In this document: piece after piece, positions 1 through 8,908 of the stretch | How positions within the stretch are numbered: position 1 is the first letter of the stretch | Layout of the letters: the number at the start of each line of letters is the position of its first letter | Source: an uncultured Actinomycetes bacterium | GTDB lineage: Bacteria > Actinomycetota > Actinomycetes > Acidothermales > Acidothermaceae | DNA length: 40,000 bases | Reading direction: 5' to 3' | Assembly (NCBI GenBank): GCA_963782965.1 | Contig: CAWALV010000002.1 | Span: 737,529 to 777,528, forward strand | Notes under the pieces: generated by a model | Told to the model about the DNA's origin: nothing | The model's input: the letters and a program-made list of their open reading frames with translations, nothing else | Database searches by the model: none | Position numbers and translations under genes: made by a program

Positions 1-1
1 G

Positions 2-526
2 GCCGGGCTGCTGCCCCGGTTGCACGCGAACCAGCTTCAACAGTTCGGTGCGATCCAGCTCGGTGTCGAGCTCGGCGCGGCGTCCGTCGACCACTGCAAC
101 GAGCTCGAGGAGGCGGACGTCGAGGCGCTCGCGGCCTCCGACACGGTCGCGACCCTGCTACCTGCCGCCGACTTCGCGACCAAGGCGCGCTACGCAGATG
201 GGCGCCGGCTGATCGACGCGGGGGTGAGCGTCGCAATCGCCACGGACTGCAACCCGGGCACCTCCTACACGACGAGCATGGCCCTGTGCATCGCACTCGC
301 CGTCCGCGAGATGCGGCTCACCCCTGAGGAGGCGATCTGGTCGGCCACGGCGGGCGGGGCTCGGGCGCTGCGCCGCGAGGACGTCGGCGTGTTGCGACCG
401 GGTGCCCGGGCCGATCTCGCGGTGATCGACGCGCCGTCCTACCTGCACCTCGCCTACCGGCCGGGCGTGCCGCTCGTCGTCCAGACCTGGCAGGCCGGTC
501 TGCCGGTCACGAAGGGGAGTGAATGA
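2..526 (+). CDS. hutI: imidazolonepropionase, C-terminal part (5' end lies outside the window)
   Basis: The reading frame is open from the window edge. The translation ([74 protein letters not shown]) matches the amidohydrolase/HutI C-terminal pattern, with the metal-binding Asp in ATDxNPG. Confidence 0.8.
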   Translation, partial: AGLLPRLHANQLQQFGAIQLGVELGAASVDHCNELEEADVEALAASDTVATLLPAADFATKARYADGRRLIDAGVSVAIATDCNPGTSYTTSMALCIALAVREMRLTPEEAIWSATAGGARALRREDVGVLRPGARADLAVIDAPSYLHLAYRPGVPLVVQTWQAGLPVTKGSE

Positions 527-550
527 CCGGCAAGGGGGAAGCATCTCGCC

Positions 551-934
551 ATGTCTGTGCGCGATGCGGACGCCCGCCCACGGTCGGGGGAGCGGCTCGA
601 GCTACACGTCGACCGGGTTGGCGCTGTGCTGGTGATCACCCCGACCGGCGTCATCGATCTTGCGGCGGGTGCCCTGCTCGTCGAAACGGTCGTGGCGGCC
701 GTCTCGGCCGGTGAGGCAAGGGTGGTCGTCGACCTGTCGCTCGCTCGGTCGTTGGAGTCCGCTTCGCTCGCGACGTTCTTGCGGCTCGACCAGGTGACTC
801 GTGAGATCGGCGGCCAGCTCAGCCTGGTCGCCGGCCCAGCGGTTGCGGACACGTTCCGGGCCGCCTGGATGGACCGTTTCTTCCCGATCCACCCTGATCT
901 CGCGGCGGCTGTCGCCGCATTCGGCGCCCGCTGA
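551..934 (+). CDS. STAS-domain protein (anti-sigma-factor antagonist-like)
   Basis: 127-aa ORF with an ATG 24 nt after the hutI stop. It has a SpoIIAA/STAS-like pattern: VLVITPTGVIDLAAGALL, VVVDLSLARSLESASLATFL, LSLVAGPAVADTF. No partner kinase or phosphatase is nearby. Confidence 0.6.
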   Translation: MSVRDADARPRSGERLELHVDRVGAVLVITPTGVIDLAAGALLVETVVAAVSAGEARVVVDLSLARSLESASLATFLRLDQVTREIGGQLSLVAGPAVADTFRAAWMDRFFPIHPDLAAAVAAFGAR

Positions 935-1001
935 CCCGCGCGTCCGCGGGGTAGCTGCTGCTACGGTCGCGTAACGCGTTGTTCAGGCGAGCCTGGTAGG
1001 C

Positions 1002-1826
1002 ATGGGTCATGGACGTGGGGAGCCGTTCGGCGATCGAGCCGCAGGGTCGATCGGTGGCGCTGCGTCGATGGGTGCGGTTGCGGGGCCGCCCGTGAACGGC
1101 ATCGTTCACCACCTGCTCTCGACCCCGGCCGCCGTCGTCTATCTTCTCGTCGCGTTGCTCGTGTTCGCCGAGGACGCGCTCTTCGTGGGCTTCGTGCTGC
1201 CTGGCGAGACCGCGGCGATCCTCGCGGGCGTCGACGCCAGCCGCCACCACGTCAGCCTGCCCGTGGTGTTGGTGATCGTGGTCGCTGCGGCGATTCTCGG
1301 GGACAGCGTCGGTTACGAGGTCGGCCGGCGCTTCGGTGAGCCGCTCCTGAGGTTGGGACCGCTGCGCAAGCACGAACAGCGGTTGAACGACGCGCGAGCG
1401 CTCGTCGCCCGCCGCGGCGGGGTGGCGGTCTTCGTCGGGCGCTCGGTCGCGTTCTTGCGTGCGGTGACTCCTGCTCTCGCCGGCATCGCCCGGATGCCGT
1501 ATCGGCGATTCCTCGCGTACAACGCTGCAGGCGGTCTGCTCTGGGGGGTCGGCGCGGTGATGATCGGGTTCGTCGCCGGCGACTCCTACAAGCGGGTTGC
1601 ATCCGCGGCCGGTCGGGTGACCGCCATCGTCGTCGCAACCCTCGCCGTCGCGGCGGTGGTGGCCTGGCGGTTGCGGCGCAGCAAGAACGAGTCGCGGGTC
1701 GTCTCGGCCCTGACGGCGGACGACGCCGCGCCGCCAGAGCCGTCGTCAACCTCGCCGTCGCACCCCTCGCCCGCTGCCCCTGCCGGGCCGCCGTCGACGG
1801 ATGCGGCCGAGGCGCCGTACCGGTGA
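1002..1826 (+). CDS. DedA family (SNARE-associated) membrane protein
   Basis: DedA signatures FAEDALFVGFVLPGETAAILAG and GRSVAFLRAVTPALAGIARMPYRRFLAYNAAGGLLWG. The C-terminal tail is Pro/Ala/Ser-rich. The start is uncertain (ATG 1002 or ATG 1068). Confidence 0.75.
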   Translation: MGHGRGEPFGDRAAGSIGGAASMGAVAGPPVNGIVHHLLSTPAAVVYLLVALLVFAEDALFVGFVLPGETAAILAGVDASRHHVSLPVVLVIVVAAAILGDSVGYEVGRRFGEPLLRLGPLRKHEQRLNDARALVARRGGVAVFVGRSVAFLRAVTPALAGIARMPYRRFLAYNAAGGLLWGVGAVMIGFVAGDSYKRVASAAGRVTAIVVATLAVAAVVAWRLRRSKNESRVVSALTADDAAPPEPSSTSPSHPSPAAPAGPPSTDAAEAPYR

Positions 1827-1864
1827 GGCGAGTGCGTTCCCCAAGACCTTTCGGCGAACGGTCG

Positions 1865-3142
1865 CTATCGCGCCGTCAACGCCCGCCGTTCAACCGACTG
1901 AACCGCGGCGAGTTCGTCGGGTTGTCGCTCGGGTGAGACGAGGCGGTCCGCTTCGGGCAACAGCAGCGGGGTGGCCAGCATGATGATGCCGGCGACGCCG
2001 AGGGCGACCCGCACACCGGCCACACCTGCCAGCACGCCCCACACCGCGGTGAGTGTGGCGATGGCCGCCTTGCTGGTGACCGTCCAGGCGGTGAGCGTTC
2101 GGGCGAGCCGGTCCGTCGGGGTCTGTTCGAGCCGGTAGGTGGCGAACACCGGGTTGAACACGCCGCACGCGGTGATGACGCCGAGCTCGACGACGGCGAC
2201 GAAGCCGACCCCGGCCCACCCTGCGGGTGTGAACGCGAGCCCGACCGGCCAGATCACGCGCCCGATCGCGGCACTGCGCAGCACCCGGTGCCGGCCATGG
2301 CGCGCGGTGAGCCTACGCGCGAGCCGGGCACCGACCAGCCCACCCAGACAAGGGACGGCGAAGGCGAGCCCGTACTGCCATGGCGCGATGCCGAGTCGGC
2401 CGAGCATCAACACGGCGAGCAGCGGTGCGGTGGCCATCAGCAGCCCGTTGAAGAGCACCGTGTTGGCGAGCATCACCCGCAGGCCCCGGTGCCGCCAGAT
2501 ACAGCGCCAGCCCTCGAGTACGTCACCACGCCGCCCACGACCCGAGCCGACCCTTACGGGTCGTGGTTCGCGTCCCGGCATGGCGCTGATTCCCAACGCC
2601 GACAACAGGTAGCTGACCGCGTCGGCGATGACGGTTGCGACGGGACCGAACACCCCGATCAGCGCGCCGCCCAACGGTGGGCCGACCATCGTCGCCGTCC
2701 AGGAGGTCGATTCCAGGCGGGCATTCGCGACCAGCAACTGCTGCGGATCGACCACCGCCTTCAAACACGACCCGCTCGCGGCACGAAAGCAGATATCGGC
2801 GGTGCCGACGACGACCGCGACGACGAGCAGCTGCACGAAACTCAGCAGGCCGAGCGCGTAGCAGACCGGCAGGCTGGCGAGCGCGCCGAACCGCACGGCG
2901 TCCATCGCGACCATCACGCGGCGCTTGCGGTGTCGCTCCACCCATGGCCCGAGCGGTACCGCTGCCGCGGCGCTGACCGCCAGGCCCGCAGCGGCGAGCA
3001 CCGAGACCTGAAGCGGCCTCGCGTGCAGTGCCAGGATCGCGACCATCGAGAAGGCGTCGAAAGCCAACCAGGTGCCGAACGTGCTGACCGCGAACGCCGC
3101 CCACAACCATCCGAACGGCGAGCCGCGCCGACCACCACGCAC
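1865..3142 (-). CDS. MFS transporter
   Basis: Polytopic hydrophobic protein of about 12 TM segments with MFS-like loops (e.g. GPWVERHRKRRVM after TM2). The 503-aa track ORF overlaps the upstream ABC-2 permease, so I place the start at an internal GTG (3142; alternative GTG 3184). The start is uncertain. Confidence 0.65.
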   Translation of the reverse strand: MRGGRRGSPFGWLWAAFAVSTFGTWLAFDAFSMVAILALHARPLQVSVLAAAGLAVSAAAAVPLGPWVERHRKRRVMVAMDAVRFGALASLPVCYALGLLSFVQLLVVAVVVGTADICFRAASGSCLKAVVDPQQLLVANARLESTSWTATMVGPPLGGALIGVFGPVATVIADAVSYLLSALGISAMPGREPRPVRVGSGRGRRGDVLEGWRCIWRHRGLRVMLANTVLFNGLLMATAPLLAVLMLGRLGIAPWQYGLAFAVPCLGGLVGARLARRLTARHGRHRVLRSAAIGRVIWPVGLAFTPAGWAGVGFVAVVELGVITACGVFNPVFATYRLEQTPTDRLARTLTAWTVTSKAAIATLTAVWGVLAGVAGVRVALGVAGIIMLATPLLLPEADRLVSPERQPDELAAVQSVERRALTAR

Positions 3143-3215
3143 CCGCAGCAGTCTGCTGGCCGCTCCCGGTCCGGACCGGCAGACACGCCGCGCCCGGCCG
3201 GTTCGTCGTCCGACC

Positions 3216-3983
3216 TCAGGGGTCGACGCGAACCATCCGCCAGGCGCCGGCCACGAGCGTGGCCGCTGCGTAGGCCGCCAGCATGCCCAGGCCGGTCCAG
3301 CGATCGAACGCGTACGGATCGCTGTTCGCCGACATCGCCCGCGCGCCGATGATCGAGGGCAACCATCGGCCGACATGGTGCACGACGTCGCTCGGGAGGA
3401 TTTGGACGACGATCGGCGCGACGATCAGCAGGAACGCCATCCAGATGATGCCTGCCGCCGAGCTGCGCACGAGTGCGCCGACGGCCACCCCCCAGATACA
3501 GACGAGCACCAGGTAGCCGATGCCGCCGACGAGCGCGGCCGGCAGCCCGTGGGCCGACCAGCTCGTGCCGATGCCACCCGTGCCGAGCAGCGCCTGACCG
3601 ACGCCGAAGGCGGCGATGACGGCCAGCGCGCCGGCCACGGCTGCGACACCGGCGTGCGTCACCAGCTTGCTGGCCAGCACCCGGAGTCGCCCGGGTTGCG
3701 CCAGGAAGGTCGTCGCGATCATTCCGGTCGCGTACTCGCGCGTCACGCACAGGACGCCGAACGCGGCGAACGCGATCACAGCGGCGTTGGCGCCTTCCAT
3801 CGAAACGCCGACGGCGTCGAACTGCTGCTTGGCTTGGGCGGTCATGTGCGCCGCGCTCGATGCATTTGCTGCGGTGATGATGGCGCTCACCGAGATCGTC
3901 AGCGCCACGGCGGCGGCGATCGTGCGCGATGTCTTGTGCACGGGCCGCAGCTTCTGCCACTCCATGGCAAGGGCGTGTCGCAT
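3216..3983 (-). CDS. ABC-2 type transporter permease
   Basis: 255-aa protein with 6 TM segments, lying 2 nt downstream of an ABC ATPase gene on the same strand. This is the typical ABC-2 exporter layout. Confidence 0.7.
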   Translation of the reverse strand: MRHALAMEWQKLRPVHKTSRTIAAAVALTISVSAIITAANASSAAHMTAQAKQQFDAVGVSMEGANAAVIAFAAFGVLCVTREYATGMIATTFLAQPGRLRVLASKLVTHAGVAAVAGALAVIAAFGVGQALLGTGGIGTSWSAHGLPAALVGGIGYLVLVCIWGVAVGALVRSSAAGIIWMAFLLIVAPIVVQILPSDVVHHVGRWLPSIIGARAMSANSDPYAFDRWTGLGMLAAYAAATLVAGAWRMVRVDP

Positions 3984-3985
3984 CG

Positions 3986-4906
3986 TCAGCTCGCCATACG
4001 CTGGGGAATCTGGCGGGGGATGTACTCACATGCGGTCGACGTCAGGCGCATGAAGGCTTCTTCGAGCGAGGCGCGCTGCAGTGAGAGTTCGTAGAGGACG
4101 GCGCCCACGCGGGCTGCGAGCGCACCGACCTGTTCGATCGTGAACCCGACGACCTCCAGTGCTTCGCCGACCTGCCACAGCGATGCGCCCTCGCTTTGCA
4201 GTGCGGCGGCGATCTCGTTGAGTTGCGGGCTGCGGACTCGCACCGAGCTGTCGGCTCGTTCGGTGAACTTCTCGACACTCTCCGCCGCGATCAGCCGACC
4301 CTGCCCGATGACGATGAGGTCGCTCACGGTCAGCGCCATCTCGCTCATGAGGTGGCTCGACACGAACACGGTGCGGCCTTCGGAGGCGAGGTCCTGCATG
4401 AAGATGCGGATCCAGCGGATCCCTTCGGGATCGAGCCCGTTGATCGGCTCGTCCAGCACCAGCACCGGCGGATCGCCGATGAGTGCGGCGGCGATGCCGA
4501 GCCGCTGGCGCATGCCCAGCGAGAACCCACCGACCTTGCGGCCACCCACGGCGTCGAGCCCGACGAGGCCGAGCACCTCGTCGGCACGAGACCGCGGCAG
4601 CCCGGTGGCGGCAGCGAGCCAGCGCAGGTGCTCGGTAGCCGTGCGGTTCGGGTTGACGGCAGCCGGGTCGATCAAGGCGCCGATCTCGCGCAACGGGTGG
4701 CGCAGCTCGCGGTACCTGCGCATTCCGATCGTGGCTTCACCGGCGTCGGGCTCGGTGAGCCCGAGGATCATCCGCGCGGTGGTCGTCTTGCCGCTGCCGT
4801 TCGGACCGAGGAATCCGGTCACCTTGCCCTGGCCGACGGTGAACGAAAGCTCACTCACGACGTCGCGACCGTCATAGCGCTTTGTCAGGCCGCGCACTTC
4901 GATCAT
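3986..4906 (-). CDS. ABC transporter ATP-binding protein (DrrA/ABC-2 subfamily)
   Basis: Walker A GPNGSGKTT, signature FSLGMRQRLGIA, Walker B PPVLVLDEP and H-loop SSH are all present. Confidence 0.9.
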   Translation of the reverse strand: MIEVRGLTKRYDGRDVVSELSFTVGQGKVTGFLGPNGSGKTTTARMILGLTEPDAGEATIGMRRYRELRHPLREIGALIDPAAVNPNRTATEHLRWLAAATGLPRSRADEVLGLVGLDAVGGRKVGGFSLGMRQRLGIAAALIGDPPVLVLDEPINGLDPEGIRWIRIFMQDLASEGRTVFVSSHLMSEMALTVSDLIVIGQGRLIAAESVEKFTERADSSVRVRSPQLNEIAAALQSEGASLWQVGEALEVVGFTIEQVGALAARVGAVLYELSLQRASLEEAFMRLTSTACEYIPRQIPQRMAS

Positions 4907-4996
4907 GAAACGTGGGCTTTCTGATCATGCCGGCGCTGCTGCGAGGGCGAAGGATTCAAGGCTGCTCTAGAACTCTCGGCTCGCGAATCGTGGAGT

Positions 4997-5018
4997 TTAC
5001 GTGTTCGGTTACACGTAA
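4997..5018. promoter_or_regulatory. inverted repeat TTACGTGT-N6-ACACGTAA, a candidate operator in a divergent promoter region
   Basis: Perfect 8-bp arms read directly from the sequence. It sits in the comparatively AT-rich 368-bp spacer between the ABC ATPase gene (minus strand) and the oxidoreductase gene (plus strand). Confidence 0.3.
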
Positions 5019-5274
5019 TCGCGTCGGCAACTGCCGATCAAGTTCGGTCACCACTCGTCGACCCCGCCGACCTTACGCGCCGGATAGCTGCGCTGCGGCG
5101 CGCCCGGCGCAAGTCACGACCGACGGCCCAGCCGGTGTGGTCACAACGGGCCACGTGACGGCCGGCTCGACCGGCTTGATCTGATGTGGCGATCGGGTTG
5201 GATCATGATGGGTGTTCGCCCGGTGCCCTCAGGGCACTCCTTGGAACGGGCTGAACTCATCGAACGGAGCGTGG

Positions 5275-6216
5275 ATGGACGTCATGGCAGCACGGCTGAC
5301 GCGCCATGGCGAGCCCCTCGACGTCCGCGAAGTCGAACTGGCGGAACCGTCCGACGACGACGTGCTGGTCGATCTTGCATACGCGGCGGTGAACCCGGTC
5401 GACCGCTACGCGGTCGCCGGGCTCGTGGCAGGAGACGGACCGCTTCCCAGGACCATCGGTGGCGAAGGCAGCGGCCTGCTCGACGGGCGCCCTGTGATCG
5501 TCTACGGCGAGGGTCTCGGTTCGGCCCGTGACGGCACCTTCGCGCAAAAGGTTGTCGCACCCCGGGCGGCCGTCTTCGACCTGCCGCCCGGTGTCGTGCT
5601 CGACGAGGCCGCCGGCATCGGAGTCGTCGGGAGCACCGCGTGGCGGATCGTCGAGATCGCCGGCGTGGGTCCCGACGACCGGGTGCTGGTACTCGGGGCG
5701 AGCGGTGGGGTCGGGCAGTCCGCGGTGTCATACGCGGCATCGAAGGGTGCCGTCGTCTGGGGCCAGACCACGAACGCGACGAAGACCGGACCGATCGAGG
5801 AGTTCGGTGCCGAGCACGCGGTGGTCGCCGACGCCGGCGGCCTGGCCGACGACGTCCGTGATTTCGCACCGACGGTCGTGCTCGATCCGCTCGGCGGGGA
5901 GTTCACCGCATCCGCCCTGTCGGTCATGGCCCGGCACGGCCGGTTGGTGCTGTTCGGCACCAGCGCCGGCGCGCAGGCGCAGCTGCAACTACAGCATCTG
6001 TACCGCAACCAGATCTGGCTGTTGACCTACGGCGGGCTGATCGCCACCCGAACCGAACGTAGAGAGGCGACGGCGCAGGCGATCGCCGCTGTCGCGGAAG
6101 GCCGGATGCGGATCAGGGTCGGGGCCCGGCTCCCACTCGAGCGGGTCAACGACGCTCTCGCGATGGTTGCGAATCGCGCGGCCACCGGCAAGGTTGTTCT
6201 CGAACTAGGTGGGTAA
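5275..6216 (+). CDS. zinc-type alcohol dehydrogenase / NADPH:quinone oxidoreductase family protein (MDR superfamily)
   Basis: N-terminal GroES-like region (VNPVDRY..) and a Rossmann motif VLVLGASGGVGQSAVSYA. The ATG at 5275 is preceded by GGAG at 5266-5269, so the track ORF start at 5212 looks like an upstream extension. Confidence 0.75.
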   Translation: MDVMAARLTRHGEPLDVREVELAEPSDDDVLVDLAYAAVNPVDRYAVAGLVAGDGPLPRTIGGEGSGLLDGRPVIVYGEGLGSARDGTFAQKVVAPRAAVFDLPPGVVLDEAAGIGVVGSTAWRIVEIAGVGPDDRVLVLGASGGVGQSAVSYAASKGAVVWGQTTNATKTGPIEEFGAEHAVVADAGGLADDVRDFAPTVVLDPLGGEFTASALSVMARHGRLVLFGTSAGAQAQLQLQHLYRNQIWLLTYGGLIATRTERREATAQAIAAVAEGRMRIRVGARLPLERVNDALAMVANRAATGKVVLELGG

Positions 6217-6219
6217 CTC

Positions 6220-7074
6220 GTGCCGAACTTGATGCTGACGTGGCGGGCAGCGGTGGTCCTTGCCGCCGCCCTGTTCGGCATCGGCATGCTCATGCATCGT
6301 GCCCGTGGACGCCGAACCCGCCTCGTCGCGCCCTTCATCCGAGAGGCCGGCGTGGTTGTCGGGCTCTACTCCCTGTGGCAGTTCGCCGGCGGCCTCTCGC
6401 TCGGCCACGTCGATGAAGCGACCGCGCGCGGCCGATGGATCTGGCACCTCCAGCGGCAGCTGCACTTCCCCAGCGAGGCCTCGCTCCAGCGCACTGTCCT
6501 CGGCCACCCCGCCGTCGTCGAGGCCTCGAACATCTACTACGCCGTCATGCACTTCGGCATGCTGACGGTGATGCTGGTCTGGCTCTTCGCGCGCCACCGC
6601 CATGCCTACCCGTGGGTGCGGATGACGATCGTCTTGACGACGACGGCGTGCTTGCTCGTCAGCCTCGTGCCGGTCGCGCCACCTCGACTGATCCACGTGG
6701 GGATGGTCGACACCGCGCAGCGCTACGGCCAGTCGGTGTACTCCAGCACCGGCATCGCCGCCGACCAGTACGCGGCCATGCCCTCGGTGCACGTGGCGTG
6801 GGCGGCAATCGTCGCCATGGCGGTGATCCTCGTCAGTCGCAGCAGGTGGCGGTGGCTGATCCTGCTGCACTTCGTCGCCACGGTCTACGTGGTCGTGGTG
6901 ACCGCGAACCATTACTGGGCCGACGGCATCGTCGCGCTGATGCTGCTCGGGCTCGCGGTTGCGGTGCAAACGGTCGCGATCCGGGTCGCCGCGGCCTACC
7001 GGCAGCGGATGAAGCTGCGGCAGCGCCCGATCGGGCTGCTCGACGACGCCGAGGACGAGGTCGAGGCGGCCTGA
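6220..7074 (+). CDS. PAP2-like (PAP2_C / inositol-phosphoceramide-synthase-like) integral membrane protein
   Basis: Multi-TM protein with PAP2 C2/C3-like motifs AMPSVHVAWA and ANHYWADGIV. GTG start lies 4 nt after the oxidoreductase stop. Confidence 0.6.
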   Translation: MPNLMLTWRAAVVLAAALFGIGMLMHRARGRRTRLVAPFIREAGVVVGLYSLWQFAGGLSLGHVDEATARGRWIWHLQRQLHFPSEASLQRTVLGHPAVVEASNIYYAVMHFGMLTVMLVWLFARHRHAYPWVRMTIVLTTTACLLVSLVPVAPPRLIHVGMVDTAQRYGQSVYSSTGIAADQYAAMPSVHVAWAAIVAMAVILVSRSRWRWLILLHFVATVYVVVVTANHYWADGIVALMLLGLAVAVQTVAIRVAAAYRQRMKLRQRPIGLLDDAEDEVEAA

Positions 7075-7089
7075 CCGTCGTGGCGCCGC

Positions 7090-7971
7090 TCAGCCCCCCG
7101 TGGCGGAGAAGTGCTGGTAGTCGGGCGAGGACCAGCGGCCACCCCACTGCCAGCCCACCGCGGCGAACGCCTTGACGAGGACGCCGCCGGACGTCGCCAT
7201 CCCGGGCCGGTAGGGGCTGCGCGCCCGATACGCCGCGCCCGCGGGCGGCAGCACCTGACCGCCCTCGAGGTAGGGATTCTCGATCGTGTTGACGTCGATC
7301 GCTTCGCCGTATGCATGCACCGACCAGCGCGGCGTCCCCGGCGCGACCGCATAGCGGCAGTTGAACGCAGAGGTGTTGTCGGCGGCCATCGAAGCGTCGT
7401 CGCTGCCGGCGAACTCCGACACCGGACGCATGCTTCGGATCGGGAACCGCTGCGTGTACAGCGACGTGAAGACCGTGATGACGCTCGGCACCACGGAGGC
7501 GTTCACGACGAGCCGACCGGTGTGCGGGGCGTCGTCGAATCCCCAGTAACTCAACGTGACCTCCCGAAGCTGCGCCGGCCCGACCGGGCAGCCCGGATGC
7601 CAGCTGGCGCCCAGATCGGCGGCGGTCACCGAGCGGGTGGTGGTGGCGAAAGGGGCCGCTGCTCTCGAAGAGTTGGACGGCGCCGGGCTTGCGGTCGGCG
7701 CCGGGGACGGGGACGCCGACGGGGCTGCGGCCTGCGACGGTGACGGGGACGGGGACGGGGACGCCGGCGGGGTGGCGCTGGGCGACGAGGACGGCGCCGG
7801 GGTGGCGCTGGGCGACGGCGACGCCGCCTGCGTGACGGCCGACGCCGGGGTCGGTGTCGAGCTTGAAGCTGGTCGCGGAGTCGACCCGGTCGTGCATCCG
7901 CCCAGCGCCGCGCCGGCCAGCGCGAGGCCGGCGACCAGCGAGAGCGGGCCCCCTAGCGACTGCCGCAGCAT
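7090..7971 (-). CDS. M15 family metallopeptidase (VanY/D,D-carboxypeptidase-like) lipoprotein
   Basis: Signal peptide with lipobox LGGC, a long Pro/Ser/Ala linker, and a C-terminal M15 pattern: SVHAYGEAIDV (HxxxxxD metal site) and WGGRWSSPDYQHF. Confidence 0.75.
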   Translation of the reverse strand: MLRQSLGGPLSLVAGLALAGAALGGCTTGSTPRPASSSTPTPASAVTQAASPSPSATPAPSSSPSATPPASPSPSPSPSQAAAPSASPSPAPTASPAPSNSSRAAAPFATTTRSVTAADLGASWHPGCPVGPAQLREVTLSYWGFDDAPHTGRLVVNASVVPSVITVFTSLYTQRFPIRSMRPVSEFAGSDDASMAADNTSAFNCRYAVAPGTPRWSVHAYGEAIDVNTIENPYLEGGQVLPPAGAAYRARSPYRPGMATSGGVLVKAFAAVGWQWGGRWSSPDYQHFSATGG

Positions 7972-8146
7972 GGCGCCAGAGCCTACGGCGTCCGACCGCT
8001 TCGCTTCCCCGGACCACCGCTTCGCGCCGAGTGAAGGGTTGTGGCTGCCTCAACCGCGGGCGGTTTCGCCAGCACAAAGCCTTCACCGGGTGTGCAGCGA
8101 CGCCTGAAGTGGCGGGAAAGGTGCCGGGCCGGGGAGAATCGGCGCC

Positions 8147-8848
8147 ATGCAACACGCAGTGGACCTCGTCGACACCACCGAGATGTACCTGCGCACGATC
8201 TTCGAGCTCGAGGAAGAGAGCGCCGTGCCGCTGCGAGCGCGCATCGCCGAACGGCTGGGGCACAGCGTGCCCACGGTGTCTCAGACCGTCTCCCGGATGG
8301 AGCGCGACGGGCTCCTCCACGTCGAGGGCGACCGGCGGCTCGCGCTGACCCAGCAGGGCCGCTCGCTGGCTGTGCGGGTCATGCGCAAGCACCGCCTCGC
8401 CGAATGCCTGCTCGTGCAGGTCATCGGGCTGGAATGGGAACTCGTCCACGACGAGGCGTGCCGGTGGGAACACGTGATGAGCGAAGCAGTCGAACGCCGG
8501 CTGCTCGAGGTCTTGGGGCACCCGACCGAATCGCCGTACGGCAACCCGATCCCGGGCCTGGGCGAACTCGACGCCGAGGCCGGCGCAGCCGCCCGGCCCA
8601 GCCGGCTCGTGGCGCTGTCGGACATCGCCGGTGAGATCCGAGAGGTCGTCGTCGAACGCATCGGCGAACCCATCCAGCGCGACACCGAACTGATGAGACT
8701 GCTGCGCCGGGCCGGCGTGCGGCCCCACCTGCTGGTCGCGGTCGAGCGCGTAGGCGGCCGGATCGTCGTCGGTTCGGGTGTCGAGACCGCCGAGCTCGAC
8801 CCCGTCGCCGCGAGCAACATCTTCGTGACGGCGCCGCGCGCGCAATGA
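8147..8848 (+). CDS. ideR: DtxR/IdeR family metal-dependent transcriptional regulator
   Basis: Close to my recollection of mycobacterial IdeR along the whole length: DTTEMYLRTI, PLRARIAERL, PTVSQTVSRMERDGLL, MRKHRLAE, EACRWEHVMSE, NPIPGL. The residues I recall as the IdeR metal-site residues (Met10, His79, Glu83, His98, Cys102, Glu105, His106) appear to be present. A C-terminal SH3-like domain is present. Confidence 0.8.
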   Translation: MQHAVDLVDTTEMYLRTIFELEEESAVPLRARIAERLGHSVPTVSQTVSRMERDGLLHVEGDRRLALTQQGRSLAVRVMRKHRLAECLLVQVIGLEWELVHDEACRWEHVMSEAVERRLLEVLGHPTESPYGNPIPGLGELDAEAGAAARPSRLVALSDIAGEIREVVVERIGEPIQRDTELMRLLRRAGVRPHLLVAVERVGGRIVVGSGVETAELDPVAASNIFVTAPRAQ

Positions 8849-8908
8849 CTCTTGTCATGCCGAAGGGACGACGCGCGGCACTGTACGGCGTCGCTCGCCT
8901 TCGGCACC

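Noticed and set aside
934-951. Short hairpins after the STAS gene (CCCGCG-cgtc-CGCGGG) and after hpt (ACCCC-cgga-GGGGT at 20934-20947), considered as terminators
   Set aside because: Their stems are only 5-6 bp with no U-tail. That is too weak to annotate as terminators from sequence alone.
4912-5184. 90-aa plus-strand ORF in the long divergent spacer
   Set aside because: There is no SD, the composition is odd, and the region has lower GC typical of non-coding promoter DNA. It is more likely regulatory sequence.
6833-8845. 670-aa ORF on the minus strand spanning the PAP2 3' end, the M15 peptidase and ideR
   Set aside because: The translation is Arg/Pro/Gly/Ala-rich and low in complexity. 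It is antisense or out of frame to three well-supported genes. This is the typical long spurious ORF caused by stop-codon scarcity in high-GC DNA.
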